From Amphiscolops sp. MND2022 (lineage: Eukaryota): 64,000 bases of DNA. The notes below the pieces were generated by a model that was not told where the DNA came from, made no database searches, and worked only from the letters and a program-made list of their open reading frames with translations. The position numbers and the translations under genes are program-made. The stretch is taken from positions 25,482,001 to 25,546,000 of the forward strand of contig OZ076418.1 of the NCBI GenBank assembly GCA_964187785.1, written 5' to 3'. How positions within the stretch are numbered: the first letter of the stretch is position 1; each line of letters starts with the position of its first letter. This document shows, in pieces, positions 45,882 through 59,691 of the stretch.

Positions 45882-48800
45882 ATGAGTTCAACGGCGCAGG
45901 CGGAGCCGTCTCAAGCTGAGACCGAAGTGGCTGCAGTTGTGTGTTGGCTGCGGAAGGAGTGTTCACTGAGTTGGCGCAGTTGAGCTTTTCCTCAGTGGGC
46001 AGTGAGTTTCCGGCTGCTATTGAGGAAACCCTGTCAGGAGAGCGTTCTGGAACTTGTTGTCGCTTTGCTGGTTCCAACATTGAAGACTGCTTCCAACATT
46101 GAAGCAGCGAACACGTTATTAGAGATTCCTTTTTCGAGTGAATTCCGTGAGTACCCTCAGTTTTCTTCTTTTCGCTGTATTCCTCGTTGCATGTAGTAAG
46201 TTGTCATGTATTTGTGTAGGGCAGTGTCGTTCGTACTCGGAGGTCACAATCAAATTTTTCGAAGTATTAACCGATGAAGGTTATCTTCCTTCAGAGCATT
46301 CTGAATTATGGTTGGCCAGTATGTCGTTTGAGCAGTACTAGCATTGAGGCATGTTTAATTCCCGGGATCTAATGCTCTGGGTAACTGATGTGGTTGCTAA
46401 TTAGGTAATGTTGTGCTTTAGAGGAATTGGCACTTGTCGACATCGTGAATTTACTCCGTAGACTGGTGGCGTCGAAACGGGGTGTTGCGGCCAGTGGTTC
46501 TCTTGAAGTAACTGCTGTTGAAGATCGCTCCAGTTCCGGTCTTGCTGGTGAACTGGGTAAGTAGTCGATTGTTATTCATTAGTGCGAATCATATGATATA
46601 ATTCGAGTTGTTGGTCGGTGTTTGAGTTGGCAGTGTTCCGTATGTGGGATGACTCATAGCATATGTGCAAAGATGAATTTGTGTTGTAGGAACTTCTGGA
46701 GTCGTTCCCGTTACCATCGTGCAATTGGAGTCATCATTGCAGCGGATGAGAAAGAGGTGTCGGAAACCGTCAAGGCGGTTTTAATTCCAAATTGGGAGAG
46801 CTGGGATCTGTTTGTGCACTATCTGTAGAAGAATTCATGCAGAAATTGAAGTCAGCCATTGGTCAATTGGTTGCATCTACTGTGCCTGGTGGTTCTGGGG
46901 TCGGGCAAATTGCGACAATTGTGCCCTCAGTACGATTGGAAGCACCGCAGAGTCCTGTGGTTGCCAGTAGTGCGGTATCTGTCAGCTTGAGTCAGGTGTC
47001 GGATGTGCCGACTGCTTTCGCGGGTGTTTGGTCGTTGGCTTCGAAAGAGGGAGGGGCTTCCACATCTGCTAAACCTGGTAAGAAATCTCAAAAGATCATG
47101 GGAGGGGTTTTAGTATAGTACCTAAGTTAGTTAAGGCTCACAATTTACAAAACGTTTTTTTTTTGTGTGGAGTGAGCTGTTTTCTATTGCAGCTCGCAGT
47201 AGGAAGGTGAAGACGCTAAAGCCAGCCCACTTTGTTTCTGGAGTGGTGGGCAGAGAACCTTTGTTGGTTTCCCACGACATAAACGTGTTGTCGACGGGTA
47301 TGCCCGATGCCTGTTGTGTAAAGTTGACCTTAGTTTTGCTGGACGAGGTTTGTCTTCCTTATGGGAGCATTGGCGGGGTGTAGAACACACACGCTTGGAG
47401 CCGAAGTATCGCATCATGATGCAGATGCCGTTACTTGATAAAGCCTGTCGACCAGTGTCGGCGGATGAAGACAGACGGATTCGGCGAGCTCGGATGTCAG
47501 AACCTCCAGTGTTCCTGGAGTCAGAGCTCAGTCTCACTGTAGATGAAAGAATTGCGATTGAGGAAGCTGAAGCAGCCGCTGGAGGGAAGCCTGCATTGAG
47601 CGAGGAGAGCGTGTCGTTCTTGTGGTTGTGCCAATTTGTGAGTAGTTTCTGTAGCACTACCATCTTCAAATACGTCATACAGATGGTGGAGTCGTGGCGG
47701 GACTCCATGAATACGGAACTGCGGGTTGAGTGCCGCACTTTAACATATCCCCGATGTCAGGTATGTACCCACAGTAGTTCATCTTCGGTTTTTGTTTTGT
47801 GTGTGAGGATCCCGCCCTGAATGGTTGTTGGGATGTGGTTGTGTATGTAACTAGGCTGCTATATTTGAAAGTGTGTAGAATGAGGTTGTTTTTTGTTTTG
47901 ACAGAGTCTGGTTCTTTATGGACTGTACCGATTCGTTGTGGAGCAGTTAGACGACATAATAGCTCGTGGCAAAGGCGTGAGTGTCAGCATCAGACGACTT
48001 GGGGCGGATTGGCAATGCGAGTATCATGTGGTTTGCGACCACGCTGTGAAGACGGTCGTTCTTGGTGTGGTGGCTAACGGGACTGGCTGGGAGAAGCGAA
48101 TGGTCGACAATGCTGTCCCGGTGTTGCTGAGTCTGCCACATGCGTCCACTGTTAGACTGTACAGCACTGAGTCAGATACCTGTGTCGGATACGCGCTAGC
48201 GGCTTCAGTCTGAGTTATTGACCCCTTGGTTGTGGGTCGTGTGACACAAACGTGGCTTTTTGACCTTGTCAGGAAGCATTTTCTTGCTGAGTTCGTTGGA
48301 CTGGATCCCCTCAATGTTCTGGACTATCTGCGCGTGCGACTAGCCTCCGTGGTGCATGAGAGTTTCCTGGATCGTTTGCCTCGTTTGAGACGAGTAAGTT
48401 TTTTGGACTATATATACCGGGTGTGGTTTATCAAAGGACTTTTAATCCTGTTTTTTTTTGGAATGGGTGTTCGCGTTGGAGGGAAAGGGATCTATGTATT
48501 TTCGCACGTATAGTTTTATTTGTTTTGTGGTTATAGTTTATACGAGTCGGAGGAAGTGATGTGGCCTCGTTGGCTTCCTTGTGTGCGGAAGTCGTTGATT
48601 ACTGGAATGACCTTGCAGTCTATTTTGGTAATCATCGTCCCCATGTGACTTCCGAGTTGCGTTTGGTGACTCCACTCGAGGGGCAGGTGTTTGATGATGC
48701 CATGATGTGCCATCGCTTTGCCATGCTACGGTTCATTTTGGATTTGCGTTAGTATGGTTGTTTGTTTTTTTTTTGTAAACAAGACCAGCTAGGACGTCGG

Positions 48801-50260
48801 TGTTTCTGTCGGCTTAACTCTCTTTTTTTTTGTTAAATGGTACGCTCAAGTAAGTATGAGCATGGACTAAATGTGTCTTATGTTATGTTTGCAGTAGTCG
48901 AGACGTGTTCGCGATTGTGTAGTGGTAGCAGGGACAGTAACGCGGTTGCCGAGCGTGAACTGTCTCAGTTTATCAGGAGGCTGATGCGCTTAGTGTATCC
49001 CGAATCAGTAATACCTGCTGAGTACGAAGTAGACTCTCTCTTGAAACCAGTGGAGCACGATTTCGCTACAGTAGATGAGAATTTGTACCAACTGCATTTC
49101 GGCCAGTATTTCCGGTATGATGTTCGGACGCAACTCCCCTTCTTCTATCGGTCAGTGCAGAAATTGTTGGGGGCGATATGCAGAGAGTTTGCAGGAACGT
49201 GGCAATGTGGAGCTATTGACCGCTTCAGTCTAACTCCAGTCGATCCGGTGTTAGTGCATGGTGCGTCTAAAGATCGCTGTATCGATGCTCCAGTCGGGAC
49301 CTGTGCTACTCTTTCCCGAAACAACTCGATGAGCGACGACACAGCTGTGGTTACCCTGAGACAGTATCGGGAGGTGACTCAATTTTTCAAAAACAAGTGG
49401 ACACTAACAGAAGGCGTACGTATAGTGGATGATGTTATTTCAATGTGGTTCGCATACCCTTATTGGTCTCGGTGTCAAGAACTGTTGCCAGTGCTGAACC
49501 TTTTGTTTGGACTTTCAGTAGTTGCGACTTACAACCCTAACTTCAAAGATGATTTTGATGCTGCTATGCCTTTTGATGCTCTGCGCTCTAGTTTGCATCT
49601 TGTCAGGAGTTGGTTTTCAAAGATATTTGCGGGTCATACCCGTCAATAGCTGACTGGACTACTGCGTGTTTGCTCCACCAGTGATATGCAAGTGTCCCGA
49701 TTAACGGATGAGGCGCGGTCCAGGCCCTGGGATCAGTTACTCAAATCGGGTCTCAGTGAAGCTCTATCGTTGGGGAATGCTGCATTGTCTAACGAACTAA
49801 CTACTACATCGGCGGTGCTTATTGACGATTATCGTGATTATCGTTCGAGTGTCCTGGCACAATTGGATCTCGTGGAGGTGCTGAGTCCCCCACGTGCTGG
49901 GCGACGGAGTAGTCTCGTTGTTATGGGCAGCGCTAAATCAAAGAAGAGCGCGCGAAGACAGAGCGAGGTCACTTTGGGCATTGGCGTTTCAACTTCGGCT
50001 CCGTTGATCTCTAAGAGTAAAATTCTGCTGCTAAAAGTGTTAGAGGTGCAGGTTGTGGTATGCTTTCAACTAGTCGTGGTGGTTCCCGTTCTAAGCAGTC
50101 GGTTGGGCGTCGAACAGGAGGGGTGCCAAGAGGAAAAAAGAAACTAACGCTTGCTAGTGTCGACGGTTCTGATGACAACTCTGGCAGTGAAAGAGTTGTG
50201 GTGAGTGGAAAAAAGCGGCATAGTCGCGTAGAATTGGACTCATCTGAGGAAAACAACTGA
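45882..50260 (+). pseudogene. Element 3 antisense spliced cargo gene (zinc finger + hAT-like fold), decayed
   Basis: CLLC-x16-H-x5-H finger (47308 onward). Phase-consistent introns 47761-47904, 48394-48536 and 48748-48894. In-frame stops at 48211 and 49647 plus frameshifts. EVVDYWNDLAVYF and RFAMLRFILDL are homologous to element 1 cargo. 5' exons approximate. Confidence 0.8.
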
Positions 50261-51887
50261 ATGTGAACAATACTGCCTTCGTAAAGACCTTTTGGAACAT
50301 GTTGTTTTGGTGTTATTTCGATCAAATCTTTGATTGATATAGATCTGTTGTTTTGCTGACAGAATTTGAAATTGTTTCACTTTTGAGTTACATGTTGAGT
50401 AGTGATTCCTGATTTGCTTTCCTAGTTTTGACAATCACGCTTGGTTGGTTGTTCTGCTTTTATGTACACGTTTTCATGTGAATTTACATGTTGCCTATGT
50501 TATACCAATTTTTGAATCTATTTTGCATGTGAACTTCGTTAGCTGGTCTCAAATTGTTAGGGCGGTAGGCTCAGCTTTGCGAGTCATTCAAGTTCTAGTC
50601 GAGTAGTCGCCTTGGTGACTACCATAGAAAAGCTCTCACCCATCAAGTTACATCTTTGTGCTAGCGTTGTCCATTATAATGGCTTACATGTGGCAGAGAT
50701 GGAACTTGGTCGGTGGGTGGAGCGCTCTGCTCCTACAGATGATTTGAACATGTTGGGTGGCTGCTTTTATACTACTCTAGTCGGTTATTGACAGGTGTTT
50801 ACCAACATAAGTGTCATTCTGAGGTGTCAATCATTTTGCACTTTACTTGTAATATTTTTATCGTGAAATTAAGCGTTAGTTCTGACGTCGTCATCGCTGA
50901 TGTGTGTCGTGAGACGTCATCACTCGTGACGTGTGTCAAATGTTAACGTCAATTTAATGGGAAATGGGTTTCCCCATGTCCATTAAACTTTTTGGCAAGG
51001 GGTGGTGTGTGCCATCCCTTGTTTCGAATCTTGGTCATGTGGTGGGAGTGACTGCATGTGTTTCATTGCGTTGTTCTTTCTGACGCGAGGCGAAGCCTAC
51101 GAATCACCAGTAAGAACAAACGCGTCACGACTTAAAAGTCGAATGAGGGTGACGACTGCATGTTACTGTCCTAGGAAAAGTGTATTTGTTTTCGTTTGAT
51201 TGGGAAGGTTATTTGCCGTTGCAAAAACCCATACAAAACTAACACCGAATCCACTTGCTAAAGAGCAAGCTTCATCTAAATATTTGCACAACCACACAGA
51301 CGCGTTTTCTGACGACGCACCCACACAGCCGAACCACATCATGGTTATCCAGGGCGGAAGTGTGGGTCTAGATTTTGGCGACGTAACTTAAACGAGTCAG
51401 CTCTTTCTTTTACATTCTCGATTGTGAACTGTTACGTGTTTGAAAGTGAATTAGCTTGGTTGATTTGGAGTTGGTGGATACAGAATTGCAAAGCTATTCC
51501 TTTGAATTCGTGTGATTGGAGTTTTTTGTGAATTGCATATTTTAGTAGCTCGTTTGCATGTGTTTCACATGTACTTAACAATTTCCGGTTAGAGTGATGT
51601 AGTGTATATGACTGCATTACATGTAAGCTTTAATCCGTTCAGTTGTCAGGGTAGAATGAAAACAGTAAATTACATTTAGCGATGTGGTGAGTGCAGCTAC
51701 ATTGCATGTGATCTTTGCTCAACTGTCTCGGTAGAGAGTAACAATTTACTCTCCCGGTAAACTCGAGTATGCAGGAGGACAATGAGTATCAGTCGTCACT
51801 GAATGGTGGAAAGTAAATGGAATAATTCAATGGTATGATTGTTACATGTGGTGGTGTAGACTACATTGTGTGGATTGCATGTTTTTT

Positions 51888-54800
51888 CTATCGGCTTGCA
51901 GATTTGCGTTGCATGAATTTTAGGAGCGCGGGCTTTGCTTGCAGTTCATGGACAAGGAAGTTGTCAAACGTTTTAGGCACAGGTGCCTCGCGAAGACTAT
52001 ATCTGGTAATCTTATTTCGTGTGATCAGTGGAGACGTTTCGGTAGATGATGTGGTTTTTGTCGCATCATTATTTGACTGAATTTGTTGTTCAGACTAGTG
52101 ATCAGGTGGCGGTGTGTCTATTTCGCCGGATTGATTTTCAGTTTCAGTTCGGTGTGTACGGTCGGTGTGGACGGTTTCAGGCAGCCGGATATACAGAGGT
52201 GGTACCTCATGAACCCGTTTGTGTTCATAATAAATTGTTCCAAGCTCGTAATCGATTGTTTCAGTTTCGTTTGTGTCGAGGTCACGTGTGTTTTCAGCCG
52301 GCGGTGATGGTTTGGGTGCAGGCAGATTATTGTTGAATATTGACTGATCGTCAATTGCGTCGGGGTCACTATAATGTCGGGCTGCGTCGTCGTGTATGTC
52401 TTCAATCGGTTCATGTGGGACGAATGGGCGGAGCCGCATTCTATGTACACACTGCGTTCTGAAGGTACCGACTTTTCTGACAATATTGTTCGATTGCATC
52501 AAGACCTTAACAATTTTGTAAGGTCCTTCCCATTTGAAAGTGTTAAAAGGGATCTTTTCTGATTGCGTGCTAATTTTAGGGTTCAGTAAAAAGACGAAGT
52601 CGTTTACTTTTAATGGTGATGCTTGCGCTTTTCGATCGTAGTACGCTTTGTACTTGTGGAAGGCTCGGATTATATTGGTATGAGTTTCTTTGAATTTGGC
52701 ATTCAGGTTGTCCACTAACGACTGTGTATCAGTGGCATTCCTCGGTGAACTGAGATAATTGCCAAATTTTAGGTCTAGCGCGTTGTATGGCACGCGGCCA
52801 TGGAAAACGTCAGTCGGTGAACACTTCAGAGTTTGGTGGTAGGTCGTGTTGTGCGCCATCACAGCAAGATTGACGTATCGGTCCCACTGTGGACGGTCTG
52901 CGGAGACGTTTATTTTCAGAATCTGTTTCAAGCGTTGATGCGACCTTTCGATCATCCCAATCGTTTGGGCATGTTTGATTGTCGCGTGGGAGACTTTGAT
53001 CCCAGCTTTGTCCATCAGTTCTGTTATGACTTGTGATGTGAAGGCAGAGCCTTTGTCAGTGATGATGTGTTTTGGCACGTAAGCATGTTTCGTGAAAATG
53101 TCTAGCAGGGCGTCAACGACGGATTTCGTATCAGGTTTACAGATCGGAATGGCAAACAGATATCGTGAGAAAAGTCACAGGCCGTCAGAATGTGTGAGTA
53201 CCCATTAGATCGCGGTAACTCACCGACGAGGTCAATTTCCAGGACATCTTCAGGACCGTTGCAAGGGTCGTAGATTGGTTCGAGTGGTGGTGTCACGGTG
53301 TTAGGTATTACAGGCTTCGCTTTAATACAGTCTTGGCAATTGTTTACAAACTCTTGAACTTTTTCTGCTAAATTAAGGATGTAGTACCTTTTTTTTAGTT
53401 CACCTAACATTTTGGAAGCGCCAGGGTGTCCCTGCATGGGTTGCCATGCATCGTCCTGATTATGGCTTCCGTAGTTTCTGGAGAAACTACAAGTTCCCGT
53501 GTTGTCAAAAAACTGTCTGTACAACACGTTGTTCACTACTTCAAGTCTTTTACGGTTCTTGAAATGTTTTTGGAAAAAGGTACTTGCAAAGTTTACTTGG
53601 TTCGGGGGAGTTTCTTGGACAGTAAGGATCCTAATTACCCGTTGAACGTCACTGTTTTCGCCTTGAGCCTTTACAATTTCTGAATTCCCCGAAGGGTACA
53701 CCTGATTTACCGTGTGAACCTGGTTCCGTTGGTAGAATCGGGTGAGGAACAGTGTTGGGTCAGAGGGCGTCACAAATGGTTGCACCTGGGTTTTGATGTC
53801 ATCAATGCGTCTACTGTACTGCTCGTCGTCTTCGTGACGCCATTGAGGGAACTTCGCCAGGAGTGACTGCATTAGTGGGTTCGGTGGTGTTGTTGCGTCG
53901 GGTACATTCGTCTCGTCTGGAATGTATTCTTCCTACTCATCATCCTGCTAGGGCGTTTTTGAGGCCAGATCGATTTCGACTTTGAAAACTGGTATTTCAT
54001 CATGTATTCTGATGTGGATTCTGTCCTTGGGGTGGATGTCGATTCTGGACAGGTAGTCGGCTATTGGGTTTTCGACACCAGGTACATGGCCCAGGACGGA
54101 GTCGAATTGGAGGGCCTGGTCGCAGTAGTTCCACAGCTTCGGAGGTATTCGTTTTGCCTGGAAGAATCTTGCGAGGGCTTTGTTGTCAGTCATGACAATT
54201 GTCGGCTTCTTCACTCCCCACAAGATATGGGCGAACTCATCAAAGGCGATGTGCATAGCCAGGAACTCCTTTGCATACATCGTGAGTGACATCTGGCCCT
54301 CAGTAAACCTTTGTGAACCAAAAGCTACTGGTGCGTATGACTTCGTCGGTACGTCAATCGTTTCAGGGTAATCCTCGATCAAGAAAACGTATCCAGCTGC
54401 ATGCTCGCTAGCATCGCACATGATCACTAGCTGTTTGTCCGGAAGTGGTAATCGCAAGGACATCTTGGCTGCATTTGCGAGGTTCTCAATGATGTCGAAC
54501 ATGGCGTCTTTATGGACTTGAGCCAATTCGAATTTGACCATCAAGTTACATCTTTGTGCCAGCGTTGTTCATTATAATGGCTTACATGTGGCAGAGATGG
54601 AACTTGGTCGGTGGGTGGAGCCGCTCTGCTCCTACAGATGATTTGAACATGTTGGGTGGCTGCTTTTATACTACTCTAGTCGGTTTTTTGACAGGTGTTT
54701 ACCAACATAAGTGTCATTCTGACGTGTCAATCATTTGCACTTTACATGTATTATTTTTATCGTGAAATTAAGCGTTAGTTCAGACGTCGTCATCGCTGAT

Positions 54801-57460
54801 GTGTGTCGTGAGACGTCATCACTCGTGACGTGTGTCAAATGTTAACGTCAATTTAATGGGAAATGGGTTTCCCCATGTCCAATAAACTTTTTGGCAAGGG
54901 GTGGTGTGTGCCATCCCTTGTTTCGAATTTTGGTCATGTGGTGGGAGTGACTGCATGTGTTTCGTTGCGTTGTTTTTTCTGAAGCGAGGCGAAGCCTACG
55001 AATCACCAGTAAGAACAAACGCGTCACGACTTAAAAGTCGAATGAGGGTGACGACTGCATGTTACTGTCCTAGGAAAAGTGTATTTGTTTTCGTTTGATT
55101 GGGAAGGTGATCACTAGCTGTTTGTCCGGAAGTGGTAATCGCAGGGACATCTTGGCTGCATTTGCGAGGTTCTCAATGATGTCGAACATGGCGTATTTAT
55201 GGACTTGAGCCAATTCGAATTTGACGTCATTCTGCAATAGTTTGTAGAGTGGTACAAGTTTTTCGGCTAGACACGGGATGTATTGGCGGTAGAACTGGAC
55301 GAATCCAATGTACCGTTGTAAAGACTTCACAGACGTCGGTAGTTTGATGTTTTCAAGAATTTGTCGATTTTTTCTTCGATGGAAGCAACTCCCTTGGAGG
55401 CGATGGTTCGTCCCAGAAACTCTATCTCGGGGTGTCCGAAGGCGGATTTAGCCATTGACAGTTTCAGACTGGCCTGTCTGATCTTGGTGAATACTGCTTC
55501 AATGTTGTTGACTAGCTCTTCGACAGTGTTGGCGGCAATGCCGATATCGTCAACGTATTGGGCGCATTTGTCTGCCTTGGCCAAGGGGTCCAAGTACTCA
55601 CGAACTGTACTGTTGAAGGCTGACAGGGACCGGTTCAGACCTTGGGCTAGTCAGAGGAAGGAAAAGGTTCTACTTCCGAAGTTGAACGCAAGCAACTGGA
55701 CTAACTGCTCGTCCGCCATCTGAAGGCAATGGTACGCCTGCGAACAGTCCAATTTACAAAAGTAACGTTTGCCAGCCATGTGTTGCGCTGCATCGGCCGT
55801 CGTTGTCACAGGATGGTTGTGTTGGTTGTAATCATTCTTCAGTAAATGAATAATTCTTCTGAGATCGACAAGGATTCTGAGTTTTCCGTTCAGCTTGCGT
55901 TGGGCGAAGATAGGCGAAAAGTATTTGCTATACAGTAATGTGGTGATGATACCGTATTCTTGCATCAATGCCAGTTCTACCAATAAATCGTCCTTCAAAT
56001 TTATTGGTGTGGGCAAGCTCTGGGCATAAACTGGTTCGTCGTGTTTGGGAGTCAACTTTATTTTGAATTCAGTGTTGATCCCGATGTCCAGTCTGTGCCT
56101 CGCGAAGATGTCGTGGTACTTGACCAATAGTGCCTCAAACTCTTGCTTCTCATTTGGTTTCAGTATTGATTGTTCCCACTTAAAGTTCGCCAGGAATTCT
56201 TGTCGTTGTTCTTCACTTGAAGTTGGGTCCAGTTTTTCTTCCGCCCTGAGTTTGACGATCTCGTCGCAGATGCGTCTTTCAATCTTGTCTAGCTTTGACG
56301 GGTCGTTGCATGTCTCAGGGGTGGGGTACCATCGTCTGTCTGTGTTCTCATTTGGGTCCTGGAAGATGTGGTTCCAAACTGCTGTAGCCTCGTCTGGGTA
56401 TTGCGTGATCAGGTTGAGTTGGTGGCTTGTCATCGGTTGCAGATTGTTTGCTTGTTTTGGAGTCATAATTTTGAATGACGCCACTGCTGTCCCCACATTG
56501 ATCGTGATCTGGTAATCTAGTGGGTTGCTGACCTGCACATGGGTGCAGCCCTCCCGGGTCTCGCTGAGAGCCGGAGATACCAGCAGGTGTGAACGTCTTT
56601 CGAAGGCGGGTAGTCCTTCAACGGTGCCAGTGATGTCTCCCAGATCACGTTCAATTACCACTGGGACGAACACTTGTTGGTTTGGTTGGATCACCATTTT
56701 CTGAGTCGTTTTCAGCTCAAGTAGTTTAATTTTGAATTTCCCGTTGACTGAGCGTAGTTGGAGGGTGATGTCGGGAAATTTCACTACGTTGTTGGCTAAG
56801 TCCAGGGTTACTGAGTACTTCTTGAAGAATGACATTCTGATGAGTACATTTCCCATAGTTGGGAGAACCATGAATGTTTCTTCGAAGACTTTGCCGCCAA
56901 TGAAGAAGCGTAGTAACACCTGCTTCCCGACGGGGATGATGCTGCCATTGGCGATCTGGACTTTGAACTCTGGGACGGGGAGTTCTTGGAGAAGGGCGGC
57001 TGGATGTGCAGAGAGAATTCGCCGTAGTTCTGTTTCCGACAGTGCGCTCTGGATCGCGGCAGTGTCAAGGAGACCAAAATTTTTGTACTCACGAAATTGG
57101 AGAGGCACATATAGCATTTTATCCTTTCTGTTGAGCTGCAATGTGGCGCTCAACTATCGGATTTCGTATTTTGGTTTCTTCGTCGAGTTGTGAGGTTTGG
57201 AGGATATAGGTTGTTTGTCATCATTTGATAGTTTAGGTGGCGTGTCGTCTTGCCGCACTGGTTCTATGTTGTTGGCTTCAGTACTTCGTTTCATTTCTTT
57301 TGGTTTGATTGTATAGTTGTCTGTGGAATGTCTTGTGATGACAAAGTTTGTAGTCTCTTTAGTATAGGTTGAAGGACGGGACTGCCACCCCGTGTGGTTT
57401 CCAGTATGAAGTCGAGTCTGAGGAGTAGTTTGTTGTTGTTGGTTTAGCAGCGCACTTTTG
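51888..57460 (-). pseudogene. pol: Element 3 pol (PR-RT-RH-IN), fragmented and interrupted by an internal insertion
   Basis: LLDTAA, KLDCSQAYH, QYVDD, CDAS, TDNK, EIDLVG, ITDKGSAF and WEGPY motifs. C-terminal TRYSLREAP resembles element 1 GRYNLRPNP; final stop at 51890-51888. Confidence 0.93.
54538..55108. repeat. 571-bp copy of internal segment 50640-51209 inserted in pol, flanked by a 118-bp direct duplication of pol (54421-54538 / 55108-55225)
   Basis: Direct sequence identity of both duplicated blocks, with a few substitutions. Confidence 0.9.
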
Positions 57461-57485
57461 TATGTTTGAGGAGGATGACGTGGCT

Positions 57486-59003
57486 TTAGAAGTTTTTTGG
57501 ATCTTCTACGTCATCGTGTTGTTCCATTTCGTCATTGTCGTTGATCATTTCTTCGCCAGTGTGGGACAGCTCTTTGGTGGTGTATACCCTGTGGTTGTTC
57601 TGTCTAAAGTCCCTTCTGAATTGTTTATTTTCTTCTGTGGACTGTTTGGTATACGGAACACTTCTGTATACTGAGGTGGTCGTGTTCCTGTGGTAACAGC
57701 CTCGAGCAGAGTGTCCCACCTTTCCGCAAATTTGACACACAAGTTTTGAGTTATACTTGGGTCTATTGTCTGGGTTCTGGGTAGCTTGAGTTGGTTGCTG
57801 TGTTTTTTGGCTGGCGGGTTTGGCTTGTGCTTCATCTCGCAGCCGTTTTCTGCATTCCGCCCACTTGTGTCCGTGTATGCCGCAATGACGGCATTGCCCG
57901 TCGAACTTTGTTTTCGTCTCCCTGTTTTGTTGGGGTTGGGCGGTTGATGTCGGAGGTGTGGCTGCATTGGGTGGGGTGCACTCATTTGGTTAAACGGTTG
58001 GGCACTTGTTGTGTTCGAGAGGAGTTGTGCATACTGACATCTGCGTTGCTCGAACGTCCTGATTTCTTCCATGGTGGCGTCATGTTTTCCCGCCATTGCC
58101 AGTTCGTTCTGCATATGTACTGGAAGTTTCGCGAAGAGGAAGGTTTCTGTTAGGTCGTTTGATCTATCGCCGAAAGCTTCTTTCGTTACTTTCATAAATT
58201 TATTGAGAAAGTCGTTAAATCTTTCAGTTGCGGGGTTATAGCGCATTTGGTCAATTTCATATTTGGCCACTTCTTTCAAGTCCTCCTTGGCGTACTCCTT
58301 TTTGAAGTAACGCAGCACTTGGGCGAGTGTCGTCTGAGTTGTTATTTTCAGTGATTGCAGAATTCGATGGCGTCATCGCGGAGCAGGATTTGAAAATACG
58401 TCAGTTTTTGTTCTTCTGACAGTTTATGTAGGTGTGTTCTGAGATGATTTACCAAGAGGTTTTCAAACTCGTTATATTTTTCCTGTTTCCCCTGAAGAGT
58501 GGGACTTGGGTTTGGGGGATTTTTGGATGTTGCACATTGTCCGACATTGTATCCCTCAGGTGATGGATTTCTGTCACAATGTACTCAATTTGGTTGGTAG
58601 ATGGCTGAGGGTATTGTGAAGTAGGTGGTCGTTGTGGGTTCGTTTGTGTTTGTGTGTTACTGGTGGACGCTCCTGTCACCATGTCGGAACGGGTCTCATG
58701 TCCAATTGAGACCGTATTTAGGTTGTTCCCTTCTCTATTGCTAGAAGATATCTTCTCCGTGAGCATCAATACGATGTTCGTCAATTCGGTTATTTGCTTG
58801 TTCATTTCAAAGAACCTTTGATCCACTATTGATCGCTCATTATCATTTCTACCATTCAACAAATCTCCATTGTCAAATTCTCTAATTAGATCTCTGGACA
58901 GTACTTCGGGAAAGCTAGTTTCGCTTTCAGTATCGCTATACCTGTCTGTTCCGTTTATATCTGAAGGCGTATTCCTGATCGTTCTAGATCTAGTGTTGAC
59001 CAT
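57486..59003 (-). pseudogene. gag: Element 3 gag (frameshifted), starting inside the 5' LTR
   Basis: QVPLFRGN capsid-like segment, CQICGKVGHSARGC knuckle. Ends PKNF* with A AAA AAC at 57498-57492. Confidence 0.88.
58670..58681 (-). promoter_or_regulatory. Primer-binding site of element 3
   Basis: TGGTGACAGGAG adjacent to the LTR end; same 12 nt as the element 1 PBS. Confidence 0.85.
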
Positions 59004-59686
59004 GAAGGAAAGTGTAGGAGTTTAAAGTTTTATTGGTTATTCAAGGTAATAAGTTGGAAATATTGAGATTCGTAATATCAATGTACTGATGTGGTAAGTA
59101 ACTGCACGTCGTAAGTTTTCAAGATCTACTGATTGTACTATATCGCTTGGTGTCAATTATGGCGACGTTGGTCACGTGACTACATCAACCAATCGTATCA
59201 CTGCGTACTTTCACACCTTTGTTGGTAATTGCGCAATTTCATCATAGCGCGGAAATAAACTGCAAATGCGTTGCTATAGTTACATGACTCAAAACTGGTA
59301 TTATGATGTGGTTACATTACTGGCATCATATGATTGAATGGCTACTGTGTATATTGAACACGGGACTAATAATATTGAAACGAAACCTGATGATGGTGCG
59401 TCATCTACATTACTTTCACTACCAACTAAAATGACGCGAATTCAGTTTACAGGATAAATGTAGCAAATGTATGAAATATGGATGAATAGTGCAAAGTTAT
59501 TTTGGGATTAAATGAAAATGATGCGTTTGGTAAATTCGAGTTCAAGTTTTTGTGATGTGGTTTGGTTCACCACATTCTTTTTCTTCGTTAATATTCATTT
59601 GCTGTTTGTCGGTTTATCCTTCATCTTTAGTATGAAGGATGGTTACCCACATCATTGTTTGTATTTTACATGCGTCAGGCATGACA
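58682..59686 (-). repeat. 5' LTR of element 3
   Basis: TGTCATGCC...GTTCCGACA on the minus strand, flanked by PBS and TSD. Confidence 0.95.
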
Positions 59687-59691
59687 GCTGG

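Larger units (their letters stand above)
44027..59686 (-). mobile_element. Element 3: decayed full-length Ty3/Gypsy, same clade as element 1
   Basis: LTRs 58682-59686 and 44027-45029 (about 3% diverged), TG..CA ends. TSD GCTGG at 44022-44026 and 59687-59691. PBS, gag and pol fragments. Confidence 0.95.

Noticed and set aside
50262-51389. Solo LTR of another family inserted between cargo and pol
   Set aside because: No matching TG..CA pair with a TSD was found.
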